DNA from: Danionella cerebrum
Lineage: Eukaryota
Assembly: GCA_007224835.1 (NCBI GenBank)
Contig: SRMA01025500.1
Coordinates: 85,870-149,869 of the forward strand
DNA length: 64,000 bases
Reading direction: 5' to 3'
Below the pieces are notes generated by a model that saw only the letters and a list, made by a program, of their open reading frames with translations, had not been told where the DNA came from and did no database searches. This document shows, piece after piece, positions 37,705 through 50,159 of this stretch. The position numbers and the translations under genes are program-made. Every line of letters starts with the position of its first letter. Within the stretch, counting starts at the first letter, position 1.

Positions 37705-37845
37705 GACCCAGATGAGCTGGAAACTGGGTTCACAGATATTGATAAAATCATATCTGAAGAGGATGTGGACATTTTGCCTTACATGGGCTGGAGAGAAGAG
37801 ACGCTGGAGAATGAAGAGTCCATGTGCTTTGACGATGAACAATTT
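37705..37845 (+). CDS. parp4: parp4 exon
   Basis: Acceptor tttggtgtctgcag. DPDELETGFTDIDKIISEEDVDILPYMGWREETLENEESMCFDDEQF matches human DENESPFPDIPKVSELIAKEDVDFLPYMSWQGEPQEAV. Donor TTT|gtaaga. Confidence 0.8.
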
Positions 37846-37950
37846 GTAAGAGTCCATTACAGCTCCAGTCAGTCGACAATATTTTGCTCTACAGTGTTCA
37901 AATGTGCTTTTATGTTCAGATTTATTGTAATTGTAACATTTCTTTTTCAG

Positions 37951-38470
37951 TTGTTTTGTCAGCCTCATGCTTCCCGTGAGACCCCATTAGCTCTCATGGA
38001 TCTGGATTTAGGAGAGTGGCCTATGAGTTCGGAAAAATGTCTCATTGAACCTGCCATGTCAGATGATTATTCAGATGTTGATGCCTACATGACCAGTGCT
38101 GTTGACTATGAATTCTCTAACAGCTGCGTGACCAAAAGTTCAGTTCCTGCTGAATCATGGATCAAGGAAAGGACACATTTGCACAGACTTTCCCAAACTC
38201 CAGCTCCTCCTCCTCCTGCTTTCAGCCTTATTTCTTTGTCCTCCAGCATATCAGATGATCCCCTACCAAGGGCAGTTTCCAGTGTACAGTTTAAGAAGCG
38301 TTCTATTCGTAAGGATCTCCCTGCTTCTGCTCCAGTCCCTCCTCCTCCTCCTCCACCTCAGTTCAGACTTGCCACATCAATATTATCTTTTGACTCTTCC
38401 CCTGCAAGCATAGCTGCTTCAGCATCTCCACCCTTACATCATCCTGGCCTGCCCACGAGCTACTTTGCAG
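37951..38470 (+). CDS. parp4: parp4 large proline-rich exon (173 codons)
   Basis: Acceptor tttctttttcag, uninterrupted 520-nt ORF in the phase fixed by the previous exon. Low-complexity P/S-rich sequence (PAPPPPAFS..., APVPPPPPPPQF). Human PARP4 also has a long P/S-rich exon here. Donor G|gtgacc. Confidence 0.75.
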
Positions 38471-38557
38471 GTGACCACACTGTTCTGAAATTATTAAAGC
38501 AATTCATAACATCTTCTATTTTCTCAGGGTAAAACCGTTGTTGATCTCTATCTACAG

Positions 38558-38638
38558 GTTCTGCCGGGAGTGCTTTGAGTGAAAGCAGTGGGCAAATGTT
38601 TGATGAACAAATGCAAGATTCCGCTCCTTTAACATTTG
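38558..38638 (+). CDS. parp4: parp4 exon
   Basis: Acceptor tctctatctacag. GSAGSALSESSGQMFDEQMQDSAPLTF matches human ...FQSSDTESDELSEVLQDSCFLQI. Chosen donor G|gtatgg (phase 1). Alternative donor CG|gtacaa 10 nt downstream not excluded. Confidence 0.6.
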
Positions 38639-40229
38639 GTATGGGACGGTACAATTTGTTTCAGACAGATTCACAATTAGCTCAACCAGAGAAATTCGGC
38701 ATTGGATCAACCTTTTATTTGGAACTAAAATGACACATCATCCTGCTAATGACCGACTGGTCAGATGTTGAGTTCATTGGTTTGTCGCACTCAATTTTAA
38801 ATGAGGAAGATCTAGAAAAAAAAGATTCTGAACCAAATACTGTAGTAAAACATTTTATATCAGCTGTGTAAAAGTTAACAGCAGTTTAAAGAACAATTAT
38901 ATGCCAAACAAACAGTCAGTAAACAGTAAAAGTAAAAAAAAAGGCTGTAATGTTTCATACCTGCTCCTTACAATCCGCGCTATGGTAGGGCGATGACGTC
39001 AGCGCGCACCTTTGGCTCCGGTGTGTGATTGGAATTTTCCTATATAATACTACCATCTAGTGGTCATTTAGAGAAATGTAATTTGAGAAACTTTTAAGAG
39101 CACACATCATACTTCAGTCCCGCCCTTCTTCCGGCGCTTGTCTCTTTGAGAGGCTCGAGGTTCTTTTCCAATGCGGATAACACATGTGTAGGAAATGCGT
39201 TGAGACTGCTAAATCTTTACAATAAATAGCTGCATTTGCTGTGTTCTTTCTCAAACGGTCTCCAGTGTCTATTATCAATTGAGAAGGTATATTTTTACGA
39301 TAACAGGAGCTAGGCTGAAGCCGCTGCCTCTCTTACACCTCTCCTACGGCCGTGACCGCCCTCCGCTCCGTGGCGCTCTGCATTCACCGTATAAGACGCT
39401 CCAACTTTTCCCCCCTCAGTTTTGGGGAAGAAAAAGTGCGTCTTATACGGCGAAAAATACGGTATGTGGATATTGTTATTCGTCTTTTGCTTCGGACCAA
39501 ACATTCTAAACACCTTCTAGACCAGTGGTGTCAAAAATGTAGCATTTAAATGAATGCTATATTATAATAATAATTGCGTATTAATTGCTTTGCTAATAAT
39601 TTGTTTGTAACCAAGTATTTAGCCTCGCAGCAGCGTGTTAATATGACAGGTCTATTTTTGAGCAGAACGGGCACCGGCAGTCTCTATGTGCCTCTGACTT
39701 TGGTTTCCTCTTTAAGTGACGATGATTCGTTCTGCAGGAGGCAAAACCGCTAACAATATCATCGCTGTTGTGCTGCTAAAAGCTTGTCGTTTTTTAAAAT
39801 GATAACTTTCTGAGGCTGAACTCTCAGTTTGAAGTTAGTTCTTGTCTTAAATCAGAGGCAGATTTTGTGTGGAAAACAAAACAGTAAATCAGCAAATTCA
39901 TTAGAATTGTTTTTTTAATCCTATGTTTATTTAAAACTGCAGTGTAATGTTGCTTACTTCCTTTACCAAACATTACAAGAGTTATTCCAACTAATCCACT
40001 GTTTAGTTTAGTAGTTAACTGGGAGCTCAATATGAAGAGTTTCAATATGAAGTGAAAGGGTTGTTCCTGAGAATATTCTTTTTGACTGTTTTGGTTTTCT
40101 CAAAACATTCTTTGTGGAAATATTTGTTCCTACAAATGATTTACTTTCACAATCTGGTTATTTGCTGGAAAAAAATACAAACTATTAATAGGAATAATAA
40201 GATGTGTTTAATGAATTAATCAATTAAGG

Positions 40230-41273
40230 CAATCAATGATTATTCTACGTGATTTGTCTGATCCGGCCCCTAGAAGCTCAAATGGGTTTGACACCCCTGC
40301 TCTAGACCGTCCAAGTTACAGCCACCAAACTTTGCCAAGGCATCCAAACTGGTCTTACTCAGGATGCTATATCTTTCAGACTGGTACCACAAAAGGAATT
40401 CTGGGAAATCACAGAGAATGCTGCGAAATTTTCATTGACCTAACATGGGGTCAAACTTTGTTAAACTGTAACTCAAATGTAAAACCTCAAAGAACCATTG
40501 ACTCATCACGACCATTGAAAAGCATCGAAGATATCTTCAGGATGCATTATCATAGAGAAATGTGGATTTGATTATGTTAATCATAGCAACCAAACTGTTT
40601 ACCCTAGCAACCATATTTTCTGAACTCTTAACTTTGGTGTGGACATCTTTTATTTGCTCAGAGTATAACAGATGTTTTCTCTCTATCTTCAGGTTTAGCT
40701 CGGAAAAGAAGCTCTCAGCCGATGCTTATGAGACAAGAGGGTAGGTTTATATACTTTATAGTGACAAAAGCAACATTAAAGCATGTCACCGACCTCTCCA
40801 TAGCAACCAGACAGCTTATCCTAGCAACCGATTTGCCAGAACCGTAGCCCAGATTTGGGAAATCATAAAGACATAGGTGTTGATTTGTCACCACCATGAC
40901 ATAATGTACATGTATTCTGTCACTGACCCCTCCATTGCAACAAGACCATAGCAACCAAATTTACAGATACATAACTCCGCTTATGAACATCAAAGTGACA
41001 TGGGGGTTGATTTGTGTTACTTATTGTGGCTTTGGGAACTTTGGTTTAAACAGCACTGTTACAAGTTTGTGTGGAATCTTTAGCTTTTAGTTAACCTCGT
41101 TTCTTATTAATAGATCTTCATTCTTATTTTCAATCCAATGCCCAAAACACATTGTTTTCCACTCATTAATTTTATTCAAAAATCTAATATTAATCCTTTA
41201 AATATGAGTGAAATTGAAAACAACTTGAACAGCTTTTTAACCCTGTGTAATTTATCTTTAAATGGTCTCTATC

Positions 41274-41307
<34 letters not shown>

Positions 41308-44210
41308 ATTTTAATGACATCATCATAAGGCCAATTTTCAATTCCCCCAAAACACATAGTTACAAAACTGACAGCAATAATTACATCAAATATTAGCAGT
41401 CATCATAAACCATTGGTTAGCACACAGTATGTCACAAAAGTGAGTACACCCCTCACATTTCTGCAAATATTTATTTATATCTTTTCATGGAACACTGCAG
41501 AAATGACTCTTTGACACAATGAAAAGAAGTCAGTGTAAAGTTTGCAGTGTACATTTACTGTCCCCTCAGCTGTCCAATAATAGCTGAACCGCTGACAACA
41601 AAAGCGAAAAGTGTCAATATTTTGTGTGGGCACCATCATTTTCCAGCACAGCTTTAATTCTATTGGCCGTAGAGTTCCCCAGAGCTTCACAGTTTGCCAC
41701 TGGAATCCTCTTCCAGTCCTCCATCACAACATATCAAAGAGGTGGTGGGCGTTTGACACCTTGTGCTCCCCCACATTGCTTTTCAGGACACCCTAGTTCA
41801 ATGGGGTTTAGGTCTGGAGACAAGCTTGGCCAGTCCATCACCTTTACCCTCTTTAGCAAGCTGGTGGTCATCATGGATGTGTGTTTGGAGTCATTATCAT
41901 GCTGGAGTACTGCTCTGTGGCCTAGTTTCCAGAGGGAGGGCCATCATGCTCTGCTTCTTTACATTTTAGAATTCATGTTTCCCTCAAATGAATCCCAGCA
42001 GAACTCAGATCATGACTCTCCCACCACCATGTTTAACAGTAGGCAAGACACACTTGTATATGTATTCCTCACACACGCTTGACACCATCTGAACCAAAAA
42101 GGTTCCTCTTTGACTACAGGATGCGGTTCTAGTTCCTGGTCCTTAGTTTGCATGTCAGCAGCAAATAGTTTGTGAGGTTTCTTGTGCACCATCTTTGGAA
42201 GTGGCTTTCTTCTAGGATGAAAAACATTAGGGGCAATATGATGCAGTGTGATACGTTTGGTCTGAGCATTGGCAGGCTGACCTCCCATCCCTTCATCTCT
42301 GCCTCAATGCTGGAAGCACTCACCCGATGAACTTTTGCCGAGGCATCCAAACTGGTCTTACTCAGGATGCTATGTCTTTTCAGACTGGTACCACAAAAGG
42401 AATTCTGGGAAATCACAGAGAATGCTGGGAAATTTTCATTGACCTAACATGGGGTCAAACTTTGTTAAACTGTAACTCAAATGTAAAACCTCAAAGAACC
42501 ATTGACTCATCACAACCATTGAAAAGCATCGAAGATATCTTCAGGATGCATTATCATAGAGAAATGTGGATTTGATTATGTTAATCATAGTAACAGCTTT
42601 AAAAAATGTTATGACATCATTGAGAGTTGCCTAGCAACCAAACTGTTTACCCTAGTAACCATATTTTCTGAACTCTTAACTTTGGTGTGGACATCTTTTA
42701 TTTCCTCAGAGTATAACAGATGTTTTCTCTCTGTCTTTAGGTTCTGCTGTTGAAGATTTTGCTCAGAGCAGAAGCTTTCAGCTTATGAGACAAGAGGGTA
42801 GGTTTATATACTTTTATAGTGACAAAAGCAACATTAAAGCATGTCACTGACATCTCCATAGCAACCAGACAGCTTATCCTAGCAACAGATTTGCCAGAAC
42901 CGTAGCCCAGATTTGGGAAATCATAAAGACATAGGTTTATGTCTCTCAACCTGTCAACAACTTTCAGTGGCCAGGTTGAGAGAGTGGAAGAGCTTTTATA
43001 CCAAATTGTACTCAGCTGTTCCCAGGGGTTTAGCTCTTATTGTCTGTTTTTTTTTTGTTATTTTGAGAGGACAATAAATGTACAAACTTTACACTGACTA
43101 CTTTTTATTGTGTCAAAGAGTAATTTCTGTGAAAATATATACATTTAACAAATTTGTGACATTGTAGTTTTCATTTGGTCAAAATATGTTTTTTTTTTTA
43201 TCAATAATGTACAGGTTATGTTCAGTATCTCTATCTAATACTGTTGAAAACTTAAACATTTCCTATTTCCTCACAGTATAACAGTTGTTGCTCTCTATTT
43301 ACAGGTTTTGCTTCTCGCCGTCTTAATTACTTTTCTAGGAAGAGTGCATGTTTAACCCAAAGATTTGAACAACACGGTGAGAAATGTTTCAGATAGTCAC
43401 AATCAGCTCAAACAGAGAAATTTAAATCGAAAATTGAAACAGTCTTTTATGTTGATGTCTCTGGTTTGCCAGAGTCTAATTATGTTGACTTGTAAAATCC
43501 AACATATTCTAAACCAAACATTGTTAGAATGCCAAGGAGACCCAAATGCAGGAGGGGAAAAAACAATGTCTTTGAGCAGCCAAAACAGAAAATACTCTGA
43601 AGATAAGGAACAGAGAAGAGTGGAGGGGTCCTCACGCCATACAGGAGTCCAATGCAAAAGGCTATCTGGAGAAGGTACAAAAGCATTTGTGGAGAAACAT
43701 ACTGTGCAAGAACATACCAACCACAGCTCAAAGGTCTTTTCTAGAAGGGGTTAAATATTTGCCATTGAAAAATAAATAGGAAAGGCAACAAAGATATCTT
43801 CAAGATGAAACATCATAGAGGAATATAGATTTAATTATGTTAATCATAGGAACAACTTCCAAAAATGTGTGACATCAATGACTGATGCCTAGCAACCAAA
43901 CAGTTTACCCTAGCAACCACATGTTCTGAACTCTTTTATTAACTTTGGTAAATAATGGACATGAGGGTAGGTTTATATACTTCATAGTGACAAAAGCAGC
44001 ATTAAAGCATGTCACTGACCCCTCCATAGCAACCAGACAGCTTATCCTAGCAACCGATTTGCCAGAACCGTAGCCCAGATTTGGGAAATCATAAAGATAT
44101 AGGTGTTGATACTGACCCCTCCATAGCAACAAGACCATAGCAACCAAATTTGCATATACAGAATTCAGTTTAGGAACATCAGAGACATAGGGGTTGGTTT
44201 TATGTTACTT
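40230..44210. repeat. Tandemly triplicated ~1.2-2.1-kb segment filling the large parp4 intron; each unit carries an exon-like piece flanked by ag|G...AGG|gtaggt
   Basis: Near-identical stretches at 40300-40760, 42300-42800 and 43790-43970 (..tcgaagatatcttcaggatgcattatcatagagaaatgtggatttgattatgttaatcatag..). Each is followed by gtaggtttatatac... at 40741, 42798 and 43966. The first two units are separated by a Tc1 fragment. Confidence 0.7.
41400..42310 (-). mobile_element. Tc1-like transposase fragment inside the tandemly repeated block
   Basis: Minus ORF 42010-42288: ...RRKPLPKMVHKKPHKLFAADMQTKDQELEPHPVVKEEPFWF, similar to the Tc1 transposase KKPLL.KKHKKARL.FAK.H...W..VLWSDE region. The plus-strand ORF at 41624 is its antisense. 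Confidence 0.5.
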
Positions 44211-44271
44211 ATTGTAAAAATTTGTAAAAAGGCTTTAGTTAACCTCATTTCTTTTATATTTATGCATTTAG

Positions 44272-44402
44272 CAGTTATGCATTCTACAGATTTGGAATCA
44301 GCCTATAGATATAAAACACGCAGAGGCAGAAAAAGTGTGAGTATTGATTATGTCACCAGACCAGAACCTGCGTGGAATGTACTGTTTAAGCATCAGCAAC
44401 AG
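44272..44402 (+). CDS. parp4: parp4 exon (MVP-interacting C-terminal region)
   Basis: Acceptor tatgcatttag, phase 1 in. AVMHSTDLESAYRYKTRRGRKSVSIDYVTRPEPAWNVLFKHQQQ matches human ...EVKEEDEIVCIQHWQDAVPWTELLSLQTE. Donor CAG|gtgcgc. No intervening exon detected in 38639-44271, but small exons could be missed. Confidence 0.6.
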
Positions 44403-44487
44403 GTGCGCATGCTTACTTTGATACTGTTGCTTATATTAATTGACATTTGCTGAAATGTGACAGTTTGTGGTCTGTTTTGTTATGTAG

Positions 44488-44590
44488 TACGGATACTGGG
44501 AGTGCACCAGCATCCTGAGCAGCTTCCTCAACCTGGATATGGAGTTTTTTGCCAACGTCTTCCTTACGGAGAAAGGCATTTGTTCATTTG
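44488..44590 (+). CDS. parp4: parp4 exon (C-terminal region)
   Basis: Acceptor ttttgttatgtag. YGYWECTSILSSFLNLDMEFFANVFLTEKGICSF matches human DGFWKLTPELGLILNLNTNGLHSFLKQKGIQSL. Donor G|gtaaga, phase 1. Confidence 0.8.
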
Positions 44591-45234
44591 GTAAGAAGTT
44601 TTTTTATTGTTAAGTTGTCATTTTCACACATTCATTGTTGATACATTGTTGCAATCGTCTACAGATTTAGTCATCATTCACCCCGTACTGATCGCTCTGG
44701 TCCGCACTAGTGGAAAATAGATCCATGTGACATCATACAGGCCACTCATTTGTCACATTTTACGTCTTTTTTAGTCCAAGCTTGAGGCACTTTTATTCGT
44801 ACCCATTTGGGCAAGGGTCTAAAAGGAGGTTGAGTCATTCTATGGTTATACTTTTCTCTGATTGGAAAGAAAAGTGTGACGCAACATCCTGCTAAACGCT
44901 GACTAGTCAGATGTTGAGCTGTTTGGTCGGCCGAAAGAATCAAAATTAGTTTTTGGACGGCCACTATACGCACATAGTTTAACAAAGTCAAAAAAGCTTC
45001 GGAATTTAACATCCCATATGCCTTAAATTAAGACTGATGAAGTCGGAAATGAACGATATATTCTCTAGGAGGAGTTTTTTAAAGTATGACATGAGCAAAA
45101 GTGGACATTTTAAGAGGCTTTTGTAAAATAACGACTTGCTGTTGAATTTGGAAATACTTTGACTTAGTCTTCTTACCCTGCTCATGTCTACCAACACATT
45201 AGGTGGCGCTATATAGCCATTTTGCCACATCCTC

Positions 45235-45375
45235 TTTTGTAACCCCAGTTAGACAGTTTTCGTCTCAGATGCGCACGGGGAGAACGTGCAAACTCCTTCC
45301 AGGAAGGTCACCGGCGAGCTTCGAAACGACAACCTTCGAAATGGAATGCCACAGTGCTACCCACTGAGCCCATCA
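45235..45375 (-). mobile_element. tRNA-derived SINE head (reverse orientation)
   Basis: ggagaacgtgcaaactccttccaggaaggtcaccggcgagcttcgaaacgacaaccttcgaaatggaatgccacagtgctacccactgagcc. Same motif at 53525-53695 and a fragment at 15955-16020. Confidence 0.5.
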
Positions 45376-45545
45376 GTTAACTATTAATTTAGCTTTAATA
45401 ATTTTTACAGTTAACAAAACTTTTTTAGTTTTTGTTCGTTTCATTTGTTTTCGTTAACTTAGATTATCTTCCTGCATTTTCGAAAGTAGTCACTGGTTTT
45501 CACTTGCTCTGGTTCACTAATCATGTGATGATTTTGTTTAATTAG

Positions 45546-45678
45546 GTGTGAAGGCTCGCGCTGATATTCTGCGTCTGTTGGCGACTATGCTGGTTCTACA
45601 GCTGATCCGGGTGAAGAATCCTGAGGTTGGACAGCTGCTTAAATCTCTCCTCCGAATGAAAGAGTGCCAGGAGCCCAG
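45546..45678 (+). CDS. parp4: parp4 penultimate coding exon
   Basis: Acceptor tttgtttaattag. GVKARADILRLLATMLVLQLIRVKNPEVGQLLKSLLRMKECQEP matches human GVKGRECLLDLIATMLVLQFIRTRLEKEGIVFKSLMKMDDASISRN. Donor AG|gtacag. Confidence 0.85.
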
Positions 45679-48242
45679 GTACAGTTACAGTGTAACGAAT
45701 CGTCACTCGAGTTGGGATCCATAGGCGGGCTTTATTGGAGGTCAGACAAGCAAAGTTCAGGCACCGGCGTATCTAGCAATACAGGACAGACAGAGGCGTA
45801 GTCAGACAACAGGCTAATGGTCAGGGAAGGCAGCAAACAATCTGAATCCAATGACAGAAATGGCAATACAGCAGGCAGGTAGCGAGAATCGTAAACGGTA
45901 AACAGGCAGGTCACAACAGGTAAGCATGCACAGGTAGTAATCGCTCAGAATTGCAGCAGTATGCAAACAAGACTTCGCAAAGTGTGATCAGTTTAGATCT
46001 ATTTAACCTCTTAAGCCCAAGAGTCCCCGGTACCGGGGACTTGCCCCCTTGTGCGTTACATTTTCACTCATAGCTCACGAACCCTGAGAATAACCCACAC
46101 ATATTAAATACTGTTGTGTTCAGCGGAAACTCCTCTAAAAACGTATCTAATTCAATTTCATATCCGTTAACCACAGCTCGAACGCCATGCAAATAAACAA
46201 CAACATGTCCGGAGTATAATTCATGACCACGTTTTTGTTTATGTGCGATATGTATCCACAATATAAACGGAAACACCCAAACCATTACATTAAATGAAAG
46301 CTAACAACCAGCTGAATCCAGTGATATGCAACTCATTAACATTGCATGAAGTATTTCAGAGCAGGGAGCGAAAGTTCCACGAAAAAACGCCAGCGAAAAC
46401 CAAGCAAGCATGTAAATCTTGTCTTACCTTTGCCGTTTTTTCAACAAAAAGTTATTTCCATAGCGATAAAAGTCCGTTTGTTGTTATGTCCGGTCGATAG
46501 CTTCGCGCAAACGCCATTTTGGATTATTTCTGTAGCTTTGTGGCGTCATTACGTCACCAAATATGGAATGACTCCCCGTGCGTAAGAGGTGGTCTCTCCA
46601 CGCTGCGCGTCGTGTGATTCGTCTGCGATCCCGTCAGACTCAAAATGGTTGAGCTGATTGGTTTCCATAGAATCAGAGCTTTCCAGCGATATATAGATCT
46701 CCCGGATTGGACAGATGGTCGGGGGGGTAGGGACACGCAGAAGCTCGACGTCAAAGCGTTTGTGAGTGAAACGTTCCCAAAAGCGCAGCAAGATGGCGTA
46801 AATGAGCTTCTACCCCCCTTTTACAGCGTTTCTTTAGGAGTTTTTTTTGCTGAAATCATGTCCCATAAGCAAGAAAAGAAGACTATGAACGTAGCTAAAG
46901 CTTTGGACAAGATTTTTTCCATATTTCAATTATTGTGCCAAATTGTGCCAAACTGTGCCAACATGGATTGCGCCTAAACTTTGTTCAATCAAAACCTTTA
47001 CAGAATATTAGTTTCTTGTAGTATGAACACCAAACTTGCTACAGATGTTCTTGACATGTAGTGGTTACAATTGATTGTGTTTATTTTCTTCGTTATAAGT
47101 AAAATAAGGAGATATTGGAGGAAACATGTGTTTTTTTTTAGGCGGAGTTCATTTTTGGCCATTCCAACATCAATTACTCTTACCCAGTGTTCTTGACTGT
47201 CAAATTAACTCATCCACACCACTCCCCAAGAACCTATCTTCATTTTGATATCAAGATTTGCAGTTTAGGCCTTGTAAAAGCTGAGAAATGCCTTAAAAAG
47301 TAAAAGTATAGGATTTTCGGAAAATAGGCCTCAGGGCTTAAGAGGTTAAGTAGAGGGGTGAAAGGCTCTTCAGCTGGGGGGATAATCAAGGTGGACTTGG
47401 GGATCGTGGGAAATGTAGTGTAGAAGGCAGAAGTTAGTGGGGCGATGGTTCCCTCTGTTGGTCAGAGAAGGGAGTTACGGGGTTTGTCTCTGTGACATAC
47501 AGATAATCAACACTAATAGAATTTAGAGAATGGTTTACATTTAGAAAGTGGCGAGAGATTGCCATTGGCTTAATACTAGAAAAATACTGTTTTCAGTTGT
47601 AGGCAGCATATGCCTCAAGGACTATGTTCGAAATGCTTAACTATGCAGTAGGTGCTATGTACGTACTCTGCAAAAAGAGCAAACCCATGATTTATGATCA
47701 AAGTTTCAGCACCTTTTACCATCGTCTGTGTGATGGAAGGACTCTGTTCCTTTCTGTCTCGAGACAAAGTTTTCCGGGGCCCCAGAGGTGACATGGAAAG
47801 AAACACGACACGGAGATCATGCATCAACCAGTCACAAATTTATTGGTAGTTTGTTCTGGGTTTTTATACAGTTCAGAACAGTGGGTGTTAATGAACTTTT
47901 TACAAGAAAAGGGACGAGAGGCATGCTGACTTCAGCATTCAGGAGTGGTGGGGGCGAACCCAGGTCAGCCTGACCTTGGGCCTGTGTACGCCTGCACACT
48001 CCTGAATGCAATGAGAAATGCTGCAGCTGGAGAAACTATGGGTTTCCTGTATCTGAATGTCTGTATTTCTATCACATCTGTCAACGGGAGAGTGGAGTGC
48101 CAGAACCCGGAAACGCAACACGATCAAACACATTGCTTAAGCATTCTATAAAATACTGGGATTTCACAACTTGCTGGTGTTTACAAGTTTTGACAAAGTC
48201 CACAAACTCTAAGTGTTCAGTATATGTTTTTCTCGTTTCAAG

Positions 48243-48444
48243 GCCTATGTACTGGGGGGATGTAAAAAGAGCCGTGGAATGGGCCCGTCAAACTGACAGA
48301 CAGTATCCATGTGTGTGCAGCCGACTGGAGATCGGCTGGGATTGGGAATCATCTACCCGTCAGTTACTGGGCTATGACCCTCCGCACCCATGTTCCTCTC
48401 TCAGATCTGTTCTAGCGAGAGACATGAGCATCTCTGTCCTGTGA
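48243..48444 (+). CDS. parp4: parp4 last coding exon with stop (TGA 48442-48444)
   Basis: Acceptor tctcgtttcaag. RPMYWGDVKRAVEWARQTDRQYPCVCSRLEIGWDWESSTRQLLGYDPP... matches human IPWAFEAIKQASEWVRRTEGQYPSICPRLELGNDWDSATKQLLGLQP... 3' UTR follows. ATTAAA near 48676. Confidence 0.85.
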
Positions 48445-48594
48445 AAAGTGACAAGCTCTTCTTTGCTCTTTTACTGCACGGCTTCATAGATGATTGGTGG
48501 CAGCAGGGTAGCTGTCTCTCTGCAAGACCTTTCTTTGAGGTTTAGATTTGCCATATTTTATAACTCATAACAAAATCTTTATTCAATGTACTTC

Positions 48595-48640
<46 letters not shown>
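48595..48640. repeat. (AT)n microsatellite
   Basis: atatatatatatat... read directly. Confidence 0.9.
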
Positions 48641-48646
<6 letters not shown>

Positions 48647-48779
48647 TAATTTGCCTGAAATGATGTAAAGCTTGATATAAAATTATTAAAGCTTTTATTC
48701 AGTTCCAAACTTCCGATTTATTTGATTGTGTATTTACAGAAATACAGAATACTTCTGGCTTCTTTAAACATTTTATTTA

Positions 48780-49320
48780 TTTATGTATTATACCTATGAC
48801 TCTTTCAAACAAAATATTACTTTATTCATAAATATTGTACTTCTAATTCCTTTAAAGTATTTATTTATTTATGATTATCGTACTTCTAATTCTTTTAAAG
48901 TATTTATTTATTTATGATTATAGTGCGTCTGATTTCTTTAAACAAATTATTTATTCATTTATAATTATCATACTTCTAATTCCTTTAAAGTATTTATTTA
49001 TTTATAATTATCGTACTTCTAATTCTTTTAAAGTATTTATTTATTTATGATTATCGTACTTCTAATTCTTTTAAAGTATTTATTTATTTATAATTATCGT
49101 ACTTCTAATTCTTTTAAAGTATTTATTTATTTATGATTATCGTACTTCTAATTCTTTTAAAGTATTTATTTATTTATTTATGATAATCGTGCGTCTGATT
49201 TCTTTAAACAAATTATTTTTATATAAATATCGTACCTCTGACTCCTTTAAACTAATTTTTTATTTATAATTATTGTACTTCTAACTCCTTTAAGGTATTT
49301 ATTTATTTTTGATTATCATA
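48780..49320. repeat. Minisatellite, ~45-50-bp unit x ~10, downstream of parp4 3' end
   Basis: Repeating cttttaaagtatttatttatttatgattatcgtacttctaatt units. Confidence 0.8.
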
Positions 49321-49559
49321 AAAAATATTTTATTACAATACTATAATCATATAATTCGTGTGGTTTTAACATTAATTCATGTATTTGAATCCAATCAGGT
49401 GTTAATCCCTTCTAACAGGTGTCCATCTGTTTGATCTTTTATTTTTTCCTTTTGTTATTTATTTGTTCATTAAAAAAGCTTCTCTAAACCCATAGATTCC
49501 TAGCCCCCGACTCAAACGAACATTTCTAGATAATGTTAAACAAACCAGATTCAATGCCT

Positions 49560-49925
49560 TTACCAAGTTGCATCACAAGTTGCCATTTCATAAAAGTCCC
49601 GTCGAGAAATATTATCCCAAGGACTCGCATCACAGTTCTGATCCAGTCTATCAACAGACTCAAGTTCTTCAATGAGAAGAATATGATTCGAGCATAACCT
49701 CTCTGCTCTCTTTTTGGCTATTTCCCGCAATTTTGTATCCAAGAATACGTCTGTCTCCTCAGACAAGAGCTCTTCATAGCGTGTGCGGTAGAATGGCTTT
49801 CCTTTGCTGTTCTTCAAACACGGGCAACAACATTTCCAACACCAAATACAAATCATAACAATCTTGGTGTTTGATACCAGCCACCACCCGATGAAACCAG
49901 CCGTGATCATGATGTAACCATAGAA
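49560..49925 (-). CDS. CALHM/FAM26-like four-TM protein, copy 2, terminal coding exon (TM4 + tail, includes stop)
   Basis: Minus acceptor tgttctttctctttgcag|TTC. Encodes FYGYIMITAGFIGWWLVSNTKIVMICIWCWKCCCPCLKNSKGKPFYRTRYEELLSEETDVFLDTKLREIAKKRAERLCSNH...*. Collinear and similar to copy 1 exon (KSRWKPYYKSLYETQLEWE..KAVERAKHVI). Confidence 0.6.
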   Translation of the reverse strand, partial: FYGYIMITAGFIGWWLVSNTKIVMICIWCWKCCCPCLKNSKGKPFYRTRYEELLSEETDVFLDTKLREIAKKRAERLCSNHILLIEELESVDRLDQNCDASPWDNISRRDFYEMATCDATW

Positions 49926-50159
49926 CTGCAAAGAGAAAGAACATCAAACAAAACAGTCTGTTAATATTGAATTAATGGCACTTTTTAAAACCATTTTAAC
50001 AGAAAAATGAACAACTTTCCTCAAGTAATCTCTGTATAAAACGCTCATAATTGAACTAGGCATGAAGTAGCTAAACATTTGACGTGTGGAGGCAGCTAAA
50101 TTGCTCCAATCCTCTCAAGAACAGATGTTTTCAATGAACTTCGGCAATGCTTTCTTTCT

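Noticed and set aside
37765-38532. 255-aa ORF from the track
   Set aside because: Only partly real. It reads through the intron between parp4 exons 37705-37845 and 37951-38470. Replaced by the spliced model.
41624-42082. 152-aa plus-strand ORF
   Set aside because: Antisense of a minus-strand Tc1-like transposase fragment.
40236-42575. ORFs 40236-40571 and 42327-42575 with near-identical GILGNHRECCEIFIDLTWGQTLLNCNSNVKPQRTIDS peptides
   Set aside because: They lie in successive copies of the tandem ~2-kb repeat inside the parp4 intron. Their identity reflects DNA repeat identity, not a conserved protein. No start or splice context.
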